Shown here: piece by piece, positions 63,992 through 64,000 of the stretch
Layout of the letters: each line of letters starts with the position of its first letter
Numbering within the stretch: the stretch's first letter is position 1
Origin: Lama guanicoe
Lineage: Eukaryota
DNA: 64,000 nt
Assembly: GCA_013239625.1 (NCBI GenBank)
Contig: MU053934.1
Span: 8,763,352 to 8,827,351, forward strand
Direction of reading: 5' to 3'
The notes under the pieces: generated by a model
Told to the model about the DNA's origin: nothing
What the model saw: only the letters and a program-made list of their open reading frames with translations
The model's database searches: none
Made by a program: the position numbers and the translations under genes

Positions 63992-64000
63992 GTGTAAGCT
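63992..64000 (+). CDS. NUP50: NUP50 exon 7 start, (K)CKL..., truncated by the window end
   Basis: Pyrimidine tract plus atag|G TGT AAG CT continues the frame as YSKKCKL, as in the Nup50 Ran-binding domain. Confidence 0.9.

Overview
This is mammalian genomic DNA, most likely camelid, inferred from five copies of a tRNA-derived SINE resembling Vic-1. The only protein-coding gene I can support is NUP50 on the + strand. It has a CpG-island promoter at about 48.7-50.3 kb, a non-coding exon 1 ending at 49712, and coding exons 2-6 (53409-53487, 55533-55616, 58652-58838, 59850-60515, 62446-62527). Exon 7 starts at 63992 and is cut by the window end. All splice phases join into one open frame. The upstream 48 kb is repeat-rich intergenic DNA (L1, L2, MIR, MaLR/ERVL/ERV1 LTRs, DNA transposons, SINEs, a U6 retrocopy). 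Nearly all ORFs in the supplied track are spurious or repeat-derived. I found no convincing wholly new multi-gene system. The best leads are: an ATF4-like two-uORF layout in the NUP50 leader; a candidate spliced divergent transcript from the NUP50 promoter; a young class II ERV solo LTR with tandem U3 units; loss of the human short-isoform start codon Met29; and local AT-to-GC substitution bias in repeats. Repeat family names come from recalled consensus sequences, not a database search, and repeat boundaries are approximate unless a target-site duplication (TSD) is given.
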